DNA from: Ylistrum balloti
Taxonomy: Eukaryota
Direction: 5' to 3'
Assembly: GCF_031769215.1 (NCBI RefSeq)
Contig: NW_026782145.1
Coordinates: 682,001 to 746,000 of the forward strand
DNA: 64,000 nucleotides
Each line of letters opens with the position of its first letter. Position 1 is the stretch's first letter. The translations under genes and the position numbers were made by a program. This document shows, piece by piece, positions 12,752-24,924 of the stretch. Under the pieces are notes generated by a model that was given only the letters and a program-made list of their open reading frames with translations, made no database searches and was not told the origin of the DNA.

Positions 12752-13960
12752 CTCTGTCCAGTTGGCTGATCTCCACTCGTAGCCCAGACTATTGACCTTT
12801 GGTATAAGGCCAGGCTTTATCATTGGTGTTTTGGGTAGTGGGCGCACTCCAATGTTCTCCCCAACAATCCTGCCATGACCTGATCCTCTGATTGGTAGTC
12901 GAGGCATCATCCTCTTGTCCCCGGAGTTTGACCTAGGTCTGTTACCTCTCGGTATTGGTTCACTAGATATTTCCTCCAAATCTTTGTCTGGCAATCCTTT
13001 AATTCTTTCTTGATCTGGTATTGTTCCTCTGTCAGACAATGATGGTGGTAGACGACGTTCCTGTGTTGGTGTGTTTTCTTTTGGCTGTGGTATTTCCTGT
13101 CTTTCAGTCCCAGAGTCACCATCATTTTCAGGATTTGACCTACCTTGTGTTAAATGTTTATTGATTGGCTCAGACTCTAACCTTTCCTGAGGTACAGATT
13201 CATTGATAGGTTCAGTTTCTCTCCCAGGATTTTTTGTTTTAGACACTTTTATTGGCTGATCCTCTGATGTTTCAAGATCAGGTTGACTTTCATAACCATC
13301 TTCACCGTCATTAAAATCCTCCTCCTCTCCCTCTATTCCTCCTTCCATCACATTGTACAAGTCTCCAACTTCCTCTTGGTTGTCCTCTTTGTCTTCTACC
13401 CTGACCTCTCCTCCATTGTCACTATCAAAGTTAGAGGAACTGTCTATCTGTACATTCACATCACTTCCTGTTTTGACAGTCTCACTCTCAATAAGAGAAG
13501 GAACTCCTCCCACCTGGCGGGAAGGAACCACAGATTCACTTCCATCCTTGGGTATGACTAGAGAGTTTTCTCCCTTGGAATCAGATAATACAATGCTAGG
13601 TGATTCTTCATTCTTTACTCCAAGTGATAGATCTCTGGGAGTTGTTGGCACTCTAGCAGAGCTTGTGGTTGGGGCAGATGTTTCTGGGGCAGCAGTTGTG
13701 GTTGGAATAGTGGTAGTAGAAGCTGTGGTGGTCGTTGGCGCAGGTGTGGTACTGGTAGTTGTAGTGGTAGTTGGTACAGGTGTGGTTGTTGTAGTGGTTG
13801 TCGAAGTGGTTGTCGAAGTGGTTGTAACAGTGGTTGTGATTGGACAAGCTCTGTTGTTACAGAGCATGTTTCTGGATGGTTCCTCATCTATGTTACAGAC
13901 AGATCCCCCAATACATTGGACCTGTCTAGATTTCATCCCTCCTCCACAGGTACGAGTACA
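12752..13960 (-). CDS. ADAMTS7/12: TSR5, mucin-like Thr/Ser/Pro and acidic domain, and start of TSR6 (403 codons)
   Basis: tag|TGTACTCGT acceptor, GAG|gtgagt donor; 1209 nt open frame. A mucin-like insert among the C-terminal TSRs is characteristic of ADAMTS7/12. Confidence 0.95.
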
Positions 13961-14590
13961 CTACAACACAAAGGTATGAGTTCACTATAGTACATAGGTC
14001 AGAGTACAGTACAACATATGGGTCATAGCTTACTACAACAAAGGCCAGAATTCAATAAAAACAAAGAGGTAAGAGTTCTATACAACACAAAGGCCAGAGT
14101 TCTATACAATACAAAGTCCAGAATTATATACAACACAAAGAGGTCAGAGTTCTATACAACACAAAGAGGCCAGAGTTCTCTACAACACAAAGAGGTCAAA
14201 GTTATATACAACACAAAGAGGTCAGAGTTCTATACAACACAAAGAGGTCAGAGTTATATACAACACAAAGAGGTCAGATGTCTATACAATACAAAGTCCA
14301 GAGTTCTATACAATACAATGTCCAGAGTTTTATACAACACAAAGTCCAGAGTTATATACAACACAAAGAGGTCAGAGGTCTATACAATACAAAGTCCAGA
14401 GTTCTATACAATACAATGTCCAGAGTTTTATACAACACAAAGTCCAGAGTTATATACAACACAAAGAGGTCAGAGTTCTATACAATACAAAGTCCAGAGT
14501 TCTCTACAACACAAAGGCCAGAGTTATATACAACACAAAGAGGTCAGAGTTCTATACAATACAAAGTCCAGAGTTATATACAACACAAAG
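13961..14590. repeat. 24/26-bp minisatellite abutting the acceptor of the mucin exon
   Basis: Units tatacaacacaaagaggtcagagttc and tatacaatacaaagtccagagttc. Confidence 0.93.
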
Positions 14591-15147
14591 AACAGAAAAC
14601 ACCTATCTCAGAGCTGATTTCAATTCACATTTTATATATGTAAATAGAAAGTCATAAAAATTCTGACTTTACAGTGCTCCGTTACAAAAACAATATCTGT
14701 CCTGACTCTCAACTAGGCCACATTGTCTACAGGATATGACATTATCAGAAAACATTACAGCTGGAATAGGTCTAAGACAAGGATACTACTGCTACCAGGC
14801 ATAAAGTATCTTTAGAGATATTCACAAGATAAGACATTAATTCAGGACAAATGGACAAGATATAAGTTACATTATCTGTTTCTAAAAGCAATAAAATGGT
14901 AGGGACATAATAATTATTTAAGTTCAATATACAACAAAAGTAGTAAGCACTGTTTGGCATAAAGCAACTGTTTCTTTTCTTTACTTGAAACATTTAATCA
15001 ACAAATCAACAAATACCAAAATTTATTGTCACAGATGAGTACATTGGCACTAAAATTTTGACAATGTGACCTTGCCACTATGACCTGATTAGGTGACCTT
15101 AATACTGTGACCTTGACATTGTAACCATAACACTACATGACACTGAC

Positions 15148-15294
15148 CTCAGACCAGGACTCTGCTCTCCAGATACCACAAGTTACATTGGTACAAGACT
15201 GTTCCAGATTTGGTTTTATTGATTCATCACAGCCGACCTCTGGGTTCTCACAAAGCACAGGTCGGTGTTGCTTCTCACATGGGTTACCATGGCA
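15148..15294 (-). CDS. ADAMTS7/12: Degenerate TSR4 and start of TSR5 (CHGNPCEKQHRPVLC...CGIWRAESWSE)
   Basis: cag|/|gtcagt boundaries; 147 nt, phase 0-0. Confidence 0.92.
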
Positions 15295-15729
15295 CTGATA
15301 GGACAAAAAGAAAATAAACATTTTATAGGCACATCTAAGCTCAAAATGACTAAAACAGTTTGATAAAGTATAAAATTGATGAATAAATTGCTACCATTTC
15401 ATCATCTTTCAATTTAAATATCATCAACTGATGTTTCAGGACAGTTTTTATGCTACTGGAGACAGTCAAGGGAATCAGAGAAAATATTTTGTTATAAACA
15501 AACACATACAGGATATCAGCCAATGTAATAGAAAGAGCTTAACACATAGTTTCTCAGTTCTCAGATAAGTCAATAGTAATAAACAAAATGAAAGATAGTT
15601 TCAATCCCATGAGCAGTAACTCAAAGGCAGAAACTTTTTCAATGGTTTTCATCATTTTATTTTAAACTTGTAATTGTAGATTGCCCAATCACAAATATAC
15701 TACAGGATAGTAGAGATAAATAATTGTAC

Positions 15730-15949
15730 CTGTGACCAGCTTCCGACAACCCAATTAGATGTGCCTGGACAAGGATCCTTGTGATGACATGGCTCTATCT
15801 CTGTTGGCTTTTCTTGGTCCATACAATTCTTGTCCTCCAGTGCAATCTGTTCATCCAGTCCTAGGTTCCTAACACAGATCACTGTGCGGCGATGCACTCC
15901 ATTTTTACCACAGGTGAGAGAACAATGTTGCCAGGCACCAGCCCACCAT
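15730..15949 (-). CDS. ADAMTS7/12: TSR3 and start of TSR4 (WWAGAWQHCSLTCGKNG...CPGTSNWVVGSWSQ)
   Basis: tag|/|gtacaa boundaries; 220 nt. Confidence 0.94.
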
Positions 15950-16237
15950 CTAAAAAAATGAATAATATATGTACATAAGAAAAAAACAATCAACTCACCA
16001 ATGACTTGTCCTTCACCTACTTTACATGAAACATGTTAAGGTTAAACTAGCTAAAATGTGTGGACCAATTTAGCTTGACACAGGTTGAATTGTGATGACC
16101 CACTTTCCTGGACACATGTGAACATGAAACTGGCTAAACTGTGTTGACCTATATAGCTGGACACATGTGAACATGAAACTGACTAAATTGTGTTGACCTT
16201 TTTAGCTGGAAACACAGGTAAAATAGGAATAACTTAC

Positions 16238-16364
16238 TTTGCTGGACACAGGTGAAGGTTACATGCCCGTTGTTTGTCATCAGGTTTATTAGAACTGTTA
16301 CAGTACTGGTCCTCTACAAGTCCCGCCTCCAGTTCCTCACACACAACCTGTGACCTCTGGCTTC
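16238..16364 (-). CDS. ADAMTS7/12: TSR2 (GSQRSQVVCEELEAGLVEDQYC...KPDDKQRACNLHLCPA)
   Basis: tag|/|gtaagt boundaries; 127 nt. Confidence 0.94.
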
Positions 16365-16479
16365 CTAAACAATACCAACACAATAGAAAATTATTTTTAG
16401 TACAGCCTATAAGTACTAATCATGTGCACTAAATTTCACTAAGGCTGAGTAACTATCGCAGATCAGGATCTCTACTTAC

Positions 16480-16615
16480 CTCCCCCACATGAGGCTGTAC
16501 AGTGTGTCCAGTCTAAGTACTTCCACCGAAACTCAGACTCTCTTGTCTCGGTGATATTCTCTCGAGGAACCGTGTACTCAAATATCACACCTGGGTTACG
16601 AGACTGCAGTAGTAG
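16480..16615 (-). CDS. ADAMTS7/12: Spacer end and TSR2 start (LLLQSRNPGVIFEY...WKYLDWTHCTASCGG)
   Basis: cag|/G|gtaagt boundaries; 136 nt. Confidence 0.95.
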
Positions 16616-16956
16616 CTGTAGGTGACAAAAACAGTGCTGATAACCATAAAGAGAAAGTAATGGAATCACGTCTAATTTAGGTGTATTTATTACAATAAAA
16701 GTCAGCTTCTATAATGACTTAAGTTACAGATGTAGAGGTTTTTCATCGCAGGTTTTCTTCTGTAAACAATTTGTTGCCATACAAATCGTGGATTAACAGT
16801 GCCAACAAAATTAATGAGAAAATAAATCCACCACAAAAATTAACAATTTTACAGTAAATGAAATGCTGATTTACTACAAAGAAATGAACAAACAGATTAT
16901 TAAGATTGAAGATTTAGATGTGGATTGTTTTATGAATGTGTGTAACAACACCTTAC

Positions 16957-17198
16957 CATAACATGTATGGGTTCTTTAAGTGGTCCGATAGCCTCTACTT
17001 TCTCCTTGTTCCCTTCTCTTTCATAGTGGACAACAGTACCAGCCATCTGGTAGTCCCCACTCCACTGGATAAACCAGTGACCATTGAGGAGGTAGTTACC
17101 CTTGTTGTCCCTCATGGCCAGGTAGTTATTGGCTCCAGCCACTTCTTCTATTCTGATATTCCTTGCTTCACGTGGAATAACAGTTGCTTCTACGTACC
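16957..17198 (-). CDS. ADAMTS7/12: Spacer domain exon (GYVEATVIPREARNIRIEE...YLLNGHW...GPLKEPIHVM)
   Basis: tag|/|gtaagg boundaries; 242 nt; ADAMTS spacer motifs. Confidence 0.96.
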
Positions 17199-17317
17199 CT
17201 ATAAACAATTAAATAAGATCATTAAAATAGAAATATTTCAAGATTTATGTCTACAAAGTTTTTCGCAGTGTTCTATTCAAGAAAAATTATATTTAATACA
17301 CTATGTAGTCCACCCAC

Positions 17318-17438
17318 CTAATCCCTGAGTTTCGTTATATTGGTCTTTGACTGTCTCGCACGTTGAGCCATCACCGTGGCAGACTCCACACCGGTCCTCC
17401 CTGGCAGCCGAGTCAAGTTGCCAGTCACAGCCAACATG
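17318..17438 (-). CDS. ADAMTS7/12: Cys-rich domain exon (HVGCDWQLDSAAREDRCGVCHGDGSTC...)
   Basis: aag|/G|gtgggt boundaries; 121 nt; GCD...EDRCGVCxGDGSTC motif. Confidence 0.95.
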
Positions 17439-17937
17439 CTTAAAGACAAATTACAATTTAAATCACAGAACAATATAGGCTGTTTTATCTTGAACTGACA
17501 TGCATAAATTACCAAAGCAAGTCATGGACCTGGTATTACCAGTACATGAACTGCCAACAGTGTATGAACATAGCAAGTAAAGTGAACAAATTCAGGGTTT
17601 CTTCCTTAAATAACAAGATACAAGTATTGAACTGCCTTTAGTTGGTATTCCTGTGCATTAAGAATGCCAACTGGATAGATTCAACATGAAGGAAAAATAT
17701 GTTCATATGCCTATGAATGCCAACTGAAAGTCGTTCAATGCTTAAGTAAGCTTGACATATTTCTGAATCTGTCTATTTAGAATGAAAACATTGATCCTGA
17801 TTTTCTGTCTAGAAGTCTATAAGGTTTTAAATACTAACCGATTTTGTGTTCAACTGTTCAAATAAATGTTATATTCTACTTTTCAAACATTGGTCTGAGA
17901 TACACATTTTTTCATGTAAGCGAAACAAGGTACCTAC

Positions 17938-18065
17938 CCGACATCGGCCACTTATGCACATGTTGCGTTTGCCTGGTGAGCAAGGTGTCCCATCAGCTAC
18001 CATGTCTGACAGAAGCACAGAGAAGAATCTGTTCTTGGGTTTACAATGTAACTGGCAAGGTGAAT
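17938..18065 (-). CDS. ADAMTS7/12: Cys-rich domain exon (DSPCQLHCKPK...VADGTPC...CISGRCR)
   Basis: cag|/|gtaggt boundaries; 128 nt; VxDGTPC motif. Confidence 0.95.
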
Positions 18066-18205
18066 CTGTTGATGAACCAAATTTATACATGTACTGATGT
18101 ATCGGAAACTTTTCTTTTATAAGTAGAAATTACACAAAGCAAAACATTATTTCCTAGAATCTCCATGTAACAGATCCTGAAATGTCATATTGTCCTTTTC
18201 CTTAC

Positions 18206-18317
18206 CATTGGCGTCCATTTCTACTGGCTCCCATTCATAAAGTTTGTTTCTGTAAGGAATGTAATTGAAGTCACGGCACTGCACTGTTATAAAGTTAGGG
18301 GTATTTTCTGGACACGG
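18206..18317 (-). CDS. ADAMTS7/12: Cys-rich domain exon (PCPENTPNFITVQCRDFN...YEWEPV)
   Basis: ttcag|/G|gtaagg boundaries; 112 nt. Confidence 0.93.
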
Positions 18318-18530
18318 CTGAAAGCATGAAAGGACAAAGTTATAGAAAAAAAAAGAAATGGATATCAGCAAAGATTTGAAGAAAAGCAAGCAAATATATA
18401 TATACTGGAGTATTACATTACTTTCAATCAACGTAATTAAACCATCTTATATAATTAGTACTATTGTATCATAGTTCTTCTATCACTTTCTCAGTAAAAT
18501 ACTCACAGTGTGTTGACTACTATTACTTAC

Positions 18531-18594
18531 ATCAGTATTGCAAATTCTGTATCTCTTTCTCTCCCCGATACAATACTTTCCACCATTTGAAGGC
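18531..18594 (-). CDS. ADAMTS7/12: TSR1 end ([21 protein letters not shown])
   Basis: cag|/|gtaagt boundaries; 64 nt. Confidence 0.95.
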
Positions 18595-19044
18595 CTGTAA
18601 TACAATGTTAAATTAATGGTACTTGGGATACAAAATACATGGTAGTCGGTGAGCAATTTAGTAACACAATATCAGGTTATTATGATGTAGGTGAACTTAT
18701 ATATTTTCATAGGGCTTATCTCCTTTCGCTCATAAAATTGGCAACATTGCAAAAGGAAAAATTCAGTCTTGTGCTTATAAAAAATCATAGTTATCAGCTA
18801 TTTGATAATAAGTATATAATATACACAAATAAAAGGTAAAATTTGTAATGTAATTACGTGTAGGTGGTTGATAGCTCAGTGAACCATATACAAGTTATTT
18901 TTACCCTAGATTCTATGACTGCCCTGGAGACTCAGTTTGCAGCAAGTTTTCACATTTGAGAAACTATAGGGATATGAATTTTGACATTGTGCGGGTGTTC
19001 GAAAAGGCATCATCCTTATCCTCTACAGAGAAATGTAAACTTAC

Positions 19045-19190
19045 GGTGGGTTTTCACAGTGTCTCTCCACTGTAGAGACCCCAGCACCACAGGTACGACT
19101 GCAATCGGACCAGCCACTCCACTCTCCCCAGTTACCGTTGATGGCCAGAGGACGCTCACCAATCTCCACACAGTCACCATTAAAACACCA
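19045..19190 (-). CDS. ADAMTS7/12: Disintegrin end and central TSR1 (WCFNGDC...[30 protein letters not shown])
   Basis: cag|/|gtaagt boundaries; 146 nt; WxxWxxWxxCSRTCG motif. Confidence 0.96.
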
Positions 19191-22107
19191 CTGTAATCAA
19201 GGTATCATGAGTAGTGCAAATATATGAGACCAACATATTCACCTGGCATGGCACCCACTTCCCATTATGATAATGTTATCAGCATTGTGCCTCCCCCTCT
19301 ACACCCCAACCTCACTTTCTTTACATATTCTTCTATATTACCCATGCCTTATAATGAACCCATCTATATTTCTGCACAGTCATGGAAAACTGCTTGCTGA
19401 TTTCTTGGCATTTTAGTATACATGCAGGAGGCAAACAGTAAAACACAAGGAAACGTTGTATGAATTTAAACAGCATGATTATGTGATGTGTGAATAATCA
19501 TAAAACAAACACACTGAATATTCCTTTAAACGTGCAAACAACCATATACACACAAATATTTAGGTATTTCTGGTATTTCAGGGAATGCTAAACTTATTAT
19601 CTGTACCTAAATTTCTGATCACCACTACTATCCTTCATAGCAAACGCTCAAATTGTCATCCGATCACAGGTATGAAAGAATTAATCAAGATTTTCTCAAA
19701 TTAATTGAAATTTTCTGAATGTTAAACTTCAGTATTTGATTATTTGATAGACACTGCGTTTCAATGTCAAAGCTTAACTAGCACAGAACTTATCCTGGAT
19801 CTAACACCAGACCAATGCCACCTAGTTTGGGGTGGTCTTAAATAGTACATATCATCTGAGATTTGATCGCAATGACTAATGAAGTGTAAACTTGTATATC
19901 AATACAACAGAAAGCACAAGATTTCAATAAATACAGAAAAAAATTAGTGAGAAAAAACTACTTATTATTCTCAGGAAAAAGTCGCAGAACATTAAAATGT
20001 CAAGGTTTCTTATTCAGTCTGGGCGACTTGAAGAGCCTGGGAACACATTTAACTCTGGATACTTATTACATAAGAGTAGTTTGTCTATTCATAAGAACTA
20101 AAAGTCTAACAGGCTGATAGTCTTACATCCTATCTCCCAGAATCTGCTGGGCAATGCTCTAATCAGTGTGATGGTATTGTAATACACAGAACAGAATCCA
20201 CACTGATAAGATACGGTAACACAGACAACATATACAATATGGCTACGATGATAAGTGGATACAGAAACACATTTAACCAACTCTGTTTTTCCATACAATT
20301 TTGAAAAGATTTTTATTATTTTTTGTGGAATTAAAGTTTCAACATCTAAAACTGCAAAGAGTTTTAAAAGTAAATGGTATCGGCCCTTTAGAAAGACGTG
20401 ATGTAATCCGATAGTGTTAGAGTGTCTCACTTAGGGTGTGCCATTCCAACACACATACTCTGGTTATGACAGCGGGGTAGCTACCGAAATGATTCTATCT
20501 AACTTCTGTACAAACTATCCGTTTGATGTTTTTCTGAAACCAATAAATGTTTCTCTACAACCTCTCTGTTTTATAGATGGCTCTATTTAAAATCTTCAGT
20601 GCTTAAATTCATAAAAAATAAACAAAATTGCTTTATTATGTTTTAAATGCTTGTCAAAGCTGTTTTTTAAAATCTGTTTAACAACATATTTCAAATTTAA
20701 TTTACAATTCAATTTTGTTGAGCTCAGAATGCAGTACCATAATTATATTCAACTTTGATGCTAAAATTTGTTGAACCTTGATGCTCAAATTTGTAGAGTT
20801 GAAACATCCAACGCTACTTCATGTATATGACAACTAATTAATTGAAAAGAACTTTTTTATTTTCATTGAAACTGAAATCTCCTAATTTTCTTAGACTTCA
20901 ATGGATCTTCCTCCATTAACTTAACTTTATAATGTGAAATATAATTTTGATCTACTTCAGTCAACAGTATACTTCGACAGCAATTGAAACACTTAGATCT
21001 ACCAGACCAGTTGAGTGTGTTAATTAACATATTTACGTACACCCTCCTACTGCACATTTATGTAAGTGTATCAAGGAGTAATTATAACAGAGAGAAAATA
21101 TTTACATATGTGGTCTTTTAGTTTACAAATTGTCAAAATTTTTACCACAAAGAAAAATTTGAATTTCAAACATTTTACTGATCAATGTAAGTGTCTATAA
21201 AACCAGAACCAGACTATTTCTTAATTAATTGAATTAGAAGTAGAAAGGCATTGGTTCCATGCACTGTTACAAATATAAACTCTGTTCGCTCTTTACATAG
21301 AAAAAATACACAAAGATTGCAGTTTGATGTTATACAGAAAATTTCAAAAAACATTTTCTCTGCTATCAAATGAGCAGTAAAAATTGTTTTCTCGACTAAC
21401 TCTTTATCACTGATGTATTACTATAACAGCACACAGATACAGCTCTCCTTAAAAATGAAATTTAGATAAAAATTCTGCATAGAAAAAGCAGGAGTGCCAA
21501 AAAAAAAAACCTCCAAAAATGTTTGGCATTCCCCCTTTTAGACAGATGTTTCTACTTAGAATTCAAGTTATTTCAACATTGTTTATTCTTGCTCTCACTT
21601 TTTCAACAATTCACAAATAAACAAATTGACTTTAATGACAGAATGTGGTGAAAGAGAGTTAAGTATATGGTGACATAACACATTTTTAACCATAAAAGTT
21701 TGAAGTGATATGTCCTGAATACACTAGCTCTTCTCTTTAGTTAACACCATATTTCTATACTTTAACTAGATTTAATTTCAATATATTTTACTATGACTTA
21801 CCTATTTTTGACCTACAATTGACCTTTGCCTGCCTTATCACACCTACTTAACCTATACTTACCTTATTTTGCCTACATTTGCTGTTGACTTCCCTAATTT
21901 TTTCAACATTTGACTTAGGTCTGTATGATTTATGATTATAATTGATCTTGATTTATCTTATCATACCTACATCTGACCTTGGCTAACCTTATTATTTATT
22001 GAACTTAAACTACTTTTGATATAACTACCCTTGACCTTGAGCTATCTTGTATCTACATCTGACCTTGACCTATCTCTTCATCCAAACTACATTTGACCTT
22101 GACCTAC

Positions 22108-22203
22108 CTTATTTTGCCCACATATTGTCCCCTCTGCTGCAGCCTCTAGTTTGGTTGTACACTTGTTCCTGTATCGACACCACAGAGTGCTACACATCTC
22201 CTC
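22108..22203 (-). CDS. ADAMTS7/12: Disintegrin-like exon (EEMCSTLWCRYRNKCTTKLEAAAEGTICGQNK)
   Basis: cacag|/|gtaggt boundaries; 96 nt; LWC and AAEGTxCG motifs. Confidence 0.95.
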
Positions 22204-22465
22204 CTGTGTGGAACAAATGTCATCAAAATCTAATTATGGATGTCACTTTTTTGAGAGGCTTGTTACAACTTAATGTAAAAATTTGTCACAGTTTACCACT
22301 AATCAAATCCAATGGCTGGTAGATGAACATTGCTCTTGGGTGTTATACAAAAACAAAACACTTGGAATTTGTTAAAACTGATTCACATATATCAGGATTG
22401 AAATTATGTCCTGTACCGATGTATGTAACATTGAATTATAAAAGTCATTCTGTTGATATACTGAC

Positions 22466-22619
22466 CTCCACATCCTCACACAAAATGGCATCAGGACCAT
22501 ACACTAGACGACACTGGTGGTCGCCATCATACATGGTCCCAGGGGGGATAATCGGGTACTGAAATTCCTTATGGTGAAACTCTGCTGGCTCATCATCTAA
22601 ACAATAGGCCCAACCACGA
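22466..22619 (-). CDS. ADAMTS7/12: Catalytic end and disintegrin-like exon (DRGWAYCLDDEP...PPGTMYDGDHQCRLVYG...CEDVE)
   Basis: ccag|/|gtcagt boundaries; 154 nt. Confidence 0.95.
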
Positions 22620-23102
22620 CTGGAAAGCAAAACAACATTACAATGTCGACTTGAAACCAAAACATAACATTTACAACAACATCACAGTATGTGTAGGGTA
22701 TTTTCTAAAGATAATCTTACATTTGAATCCAAAAACCACAATTAACTTATTTATCAAAAAACTTTGAGAAAGAACCAACATCCTACCAAGTTTGTGTTTT
22801 GTGATTCATCTAAGTTACAAGAAGATACCTAGTGATAAACAGGACCATCTTGAAATAAACTGAATAAAAAGAGAAGGGGAGCAACTCCAGAAGCTTGGTT
22901 TCCGAACAGTATATTCTACATTCTTCTTAAGCTGGTTGGAGACCTGTTTCAGCCTTAGGCTGCAGGCTATCATCAGTACACAGCTTACATAGTGGAGTCA
23001 GAAGTGACAATGGAGGTCATACCTCAACTCCAATATTTGAGATTTTTCTGTGAACCTAACTTTTTAAATTCTTTTAAGAAATGATCATTTCAACAAACTT
23101 AC

Positions 23103-23252
23103 TCTATAAACTTTGTTATTGCAGTCCTGCTGCATTCTGACCACTTCATCGGAACATTGACGGCTAACAGTTGGGCTGCCATCACATAAAGATACTCCTC
23201 GCCATCCTTCATTTCGCAGCCATTACGAACACTGTCGTGGGTCATCCCAAAA
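23103..23252 (-). CDS. ADAMTS7/12: Catalytic exon completing zinc motif and Met-turn (NFGMTHD...YVMA...KWSECSR)
   Basis: cag|/|gtaagt boundaries; 150 nt; joins to give HELGHNFGMTHD (HExxHxxGxxHD). Confidence 0.97.
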
Positions 23253-24924
23253 CTGTAACAAATACTGTTCTATAAAATATCTACTGATACTTTCCTTGTC
23301 TTACAATATGCCCAGCAACATATGTTAGGGGGAGGGCTTACTTACAGGACATCACATAGCATTGTTTGTCCTGAACAACAGGAAGATATTGATGGCTTTT
23401 TACCAAATATGGGCATATAACTGGACATATACGGTTCAAGTAAAAAGAGTTGTCAGAAAATAAACACCTGTCAGATTTCAGGTGAACACCTTGTAGTAGG
23501 CTGGGGAAAAATCAGGACTGTGACATATGTGTCATAGAAATAAGTACTGTATTATTGAAAAATGGTTATATTTTGACAATGACAAGGTATTACAATGAGG
23601 AAATTTACAACAATTTAAAGTTACTCAAGGTGCTTTTTAACTTCCAAAAAAGAAATGAGTCTGCCAAAAGAAATTTAACACTTTATAAAGATCAAATCAG
23701 GCTTAAAACCATGTAGTTTCATTACATAATATACTGAAATTTTCCTTTAAGTCCAATACATGAAATTGATATAGATGTAGAAGATAATGTAATATTCTGT
23801 GCTACCCTTGTTTAAGGCCAATTAGTTAGTCAAGGACTGGAGATAAACTTATTAAATGCTTGTACTGTAACACTGGACCTCATTCATCCTTGAATCTTAA
23901 GATCTCTACAGACAGCCTTCAGTTCTGATATCAGGATTAGACAGAGTTACGTCCTATAATCCAGAGATATGATTAATGTTTGGAGCGTGGCCATAGCTGT
24001 AAATTTGATGGCATCAGCTCTAATCTTACAGTAACACCACAATACAAGATGGCCATGATCTGTGTTGATAAATATTTTGAACTATGATCTAATCTTAAGG
24101 ACTTTGGTTACAATAAATCTGACAAAGTTTGGTATTCTCTGCCAAATTCAGCTAAATCTACCAAGCCATAACTTTTGCCAGACTACATACATGTCTCACC
24201 TATTCTCCTTCTACTCCTCTATCATATGTGCTATGTAAGTGTTCCCACAACTCAAGCAACCATTACTTTTTATCTTCCAGATTTTCATTTCTTACAACCT
24301 CATGGCATCATAAATCTGTGTCATAGAAACCGATTTGAATTTATTTTGAACCGGTAAGCAATTCAACATTTTTACGGTGGGTTAGATTTCTAACCTATAT
24401 GAGTGCATGTACATCGAATGATTCATAAATCATCTGCACTTTCAAGTATCACTTCAAAAAAAAAAGGCACTTGCTTATTCAGCAGTTTACTTGTGATATT
24501 GTTTGTCTTGCTGCCAAAATATTTGTAAGATGTTTCACTGCCATGACAGAGAAATTCAGATCAACATCATGTCACTGAAAATTCCTGATTCTGTTATTTA
24601 CCTTGTCAACTAGGAGTTAAGACCTCTGAATTGTGTTAATGGGTAAAAAGTACCCTACTGACAACACTGATTATAGACTGACAGTGCTGCCACCTGGAGG
24701 ACCATCACATCTGTACAACCTCAATAGACCATAACATAGCCTGGCATTACAACAGAATCCCTTCCCACAACATATGTCACTGTGAAACATTGACAAGATA
24801 TTTTGGATGTAAACCTGACATTTTTGTCATAACCTTGATGCTTTCTCATTCTTCAGCTGTATCTAGGTAGTTCCATCATTCATTATGTAAACCCACATGC
24901 TTGTTTTCACTTCTCACTTAACCC

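Noticed and set aside
13283-13979. Plus-strand ORFs of 92 and 208 aa (Val-rich)
   Set aside because: Antisense shadow of the Thr-rich mucin exon.
14018-14643. Plus-strand ORFs of 199 and 121 aa
   Set aside because: Translations of the 24/26-bp array.
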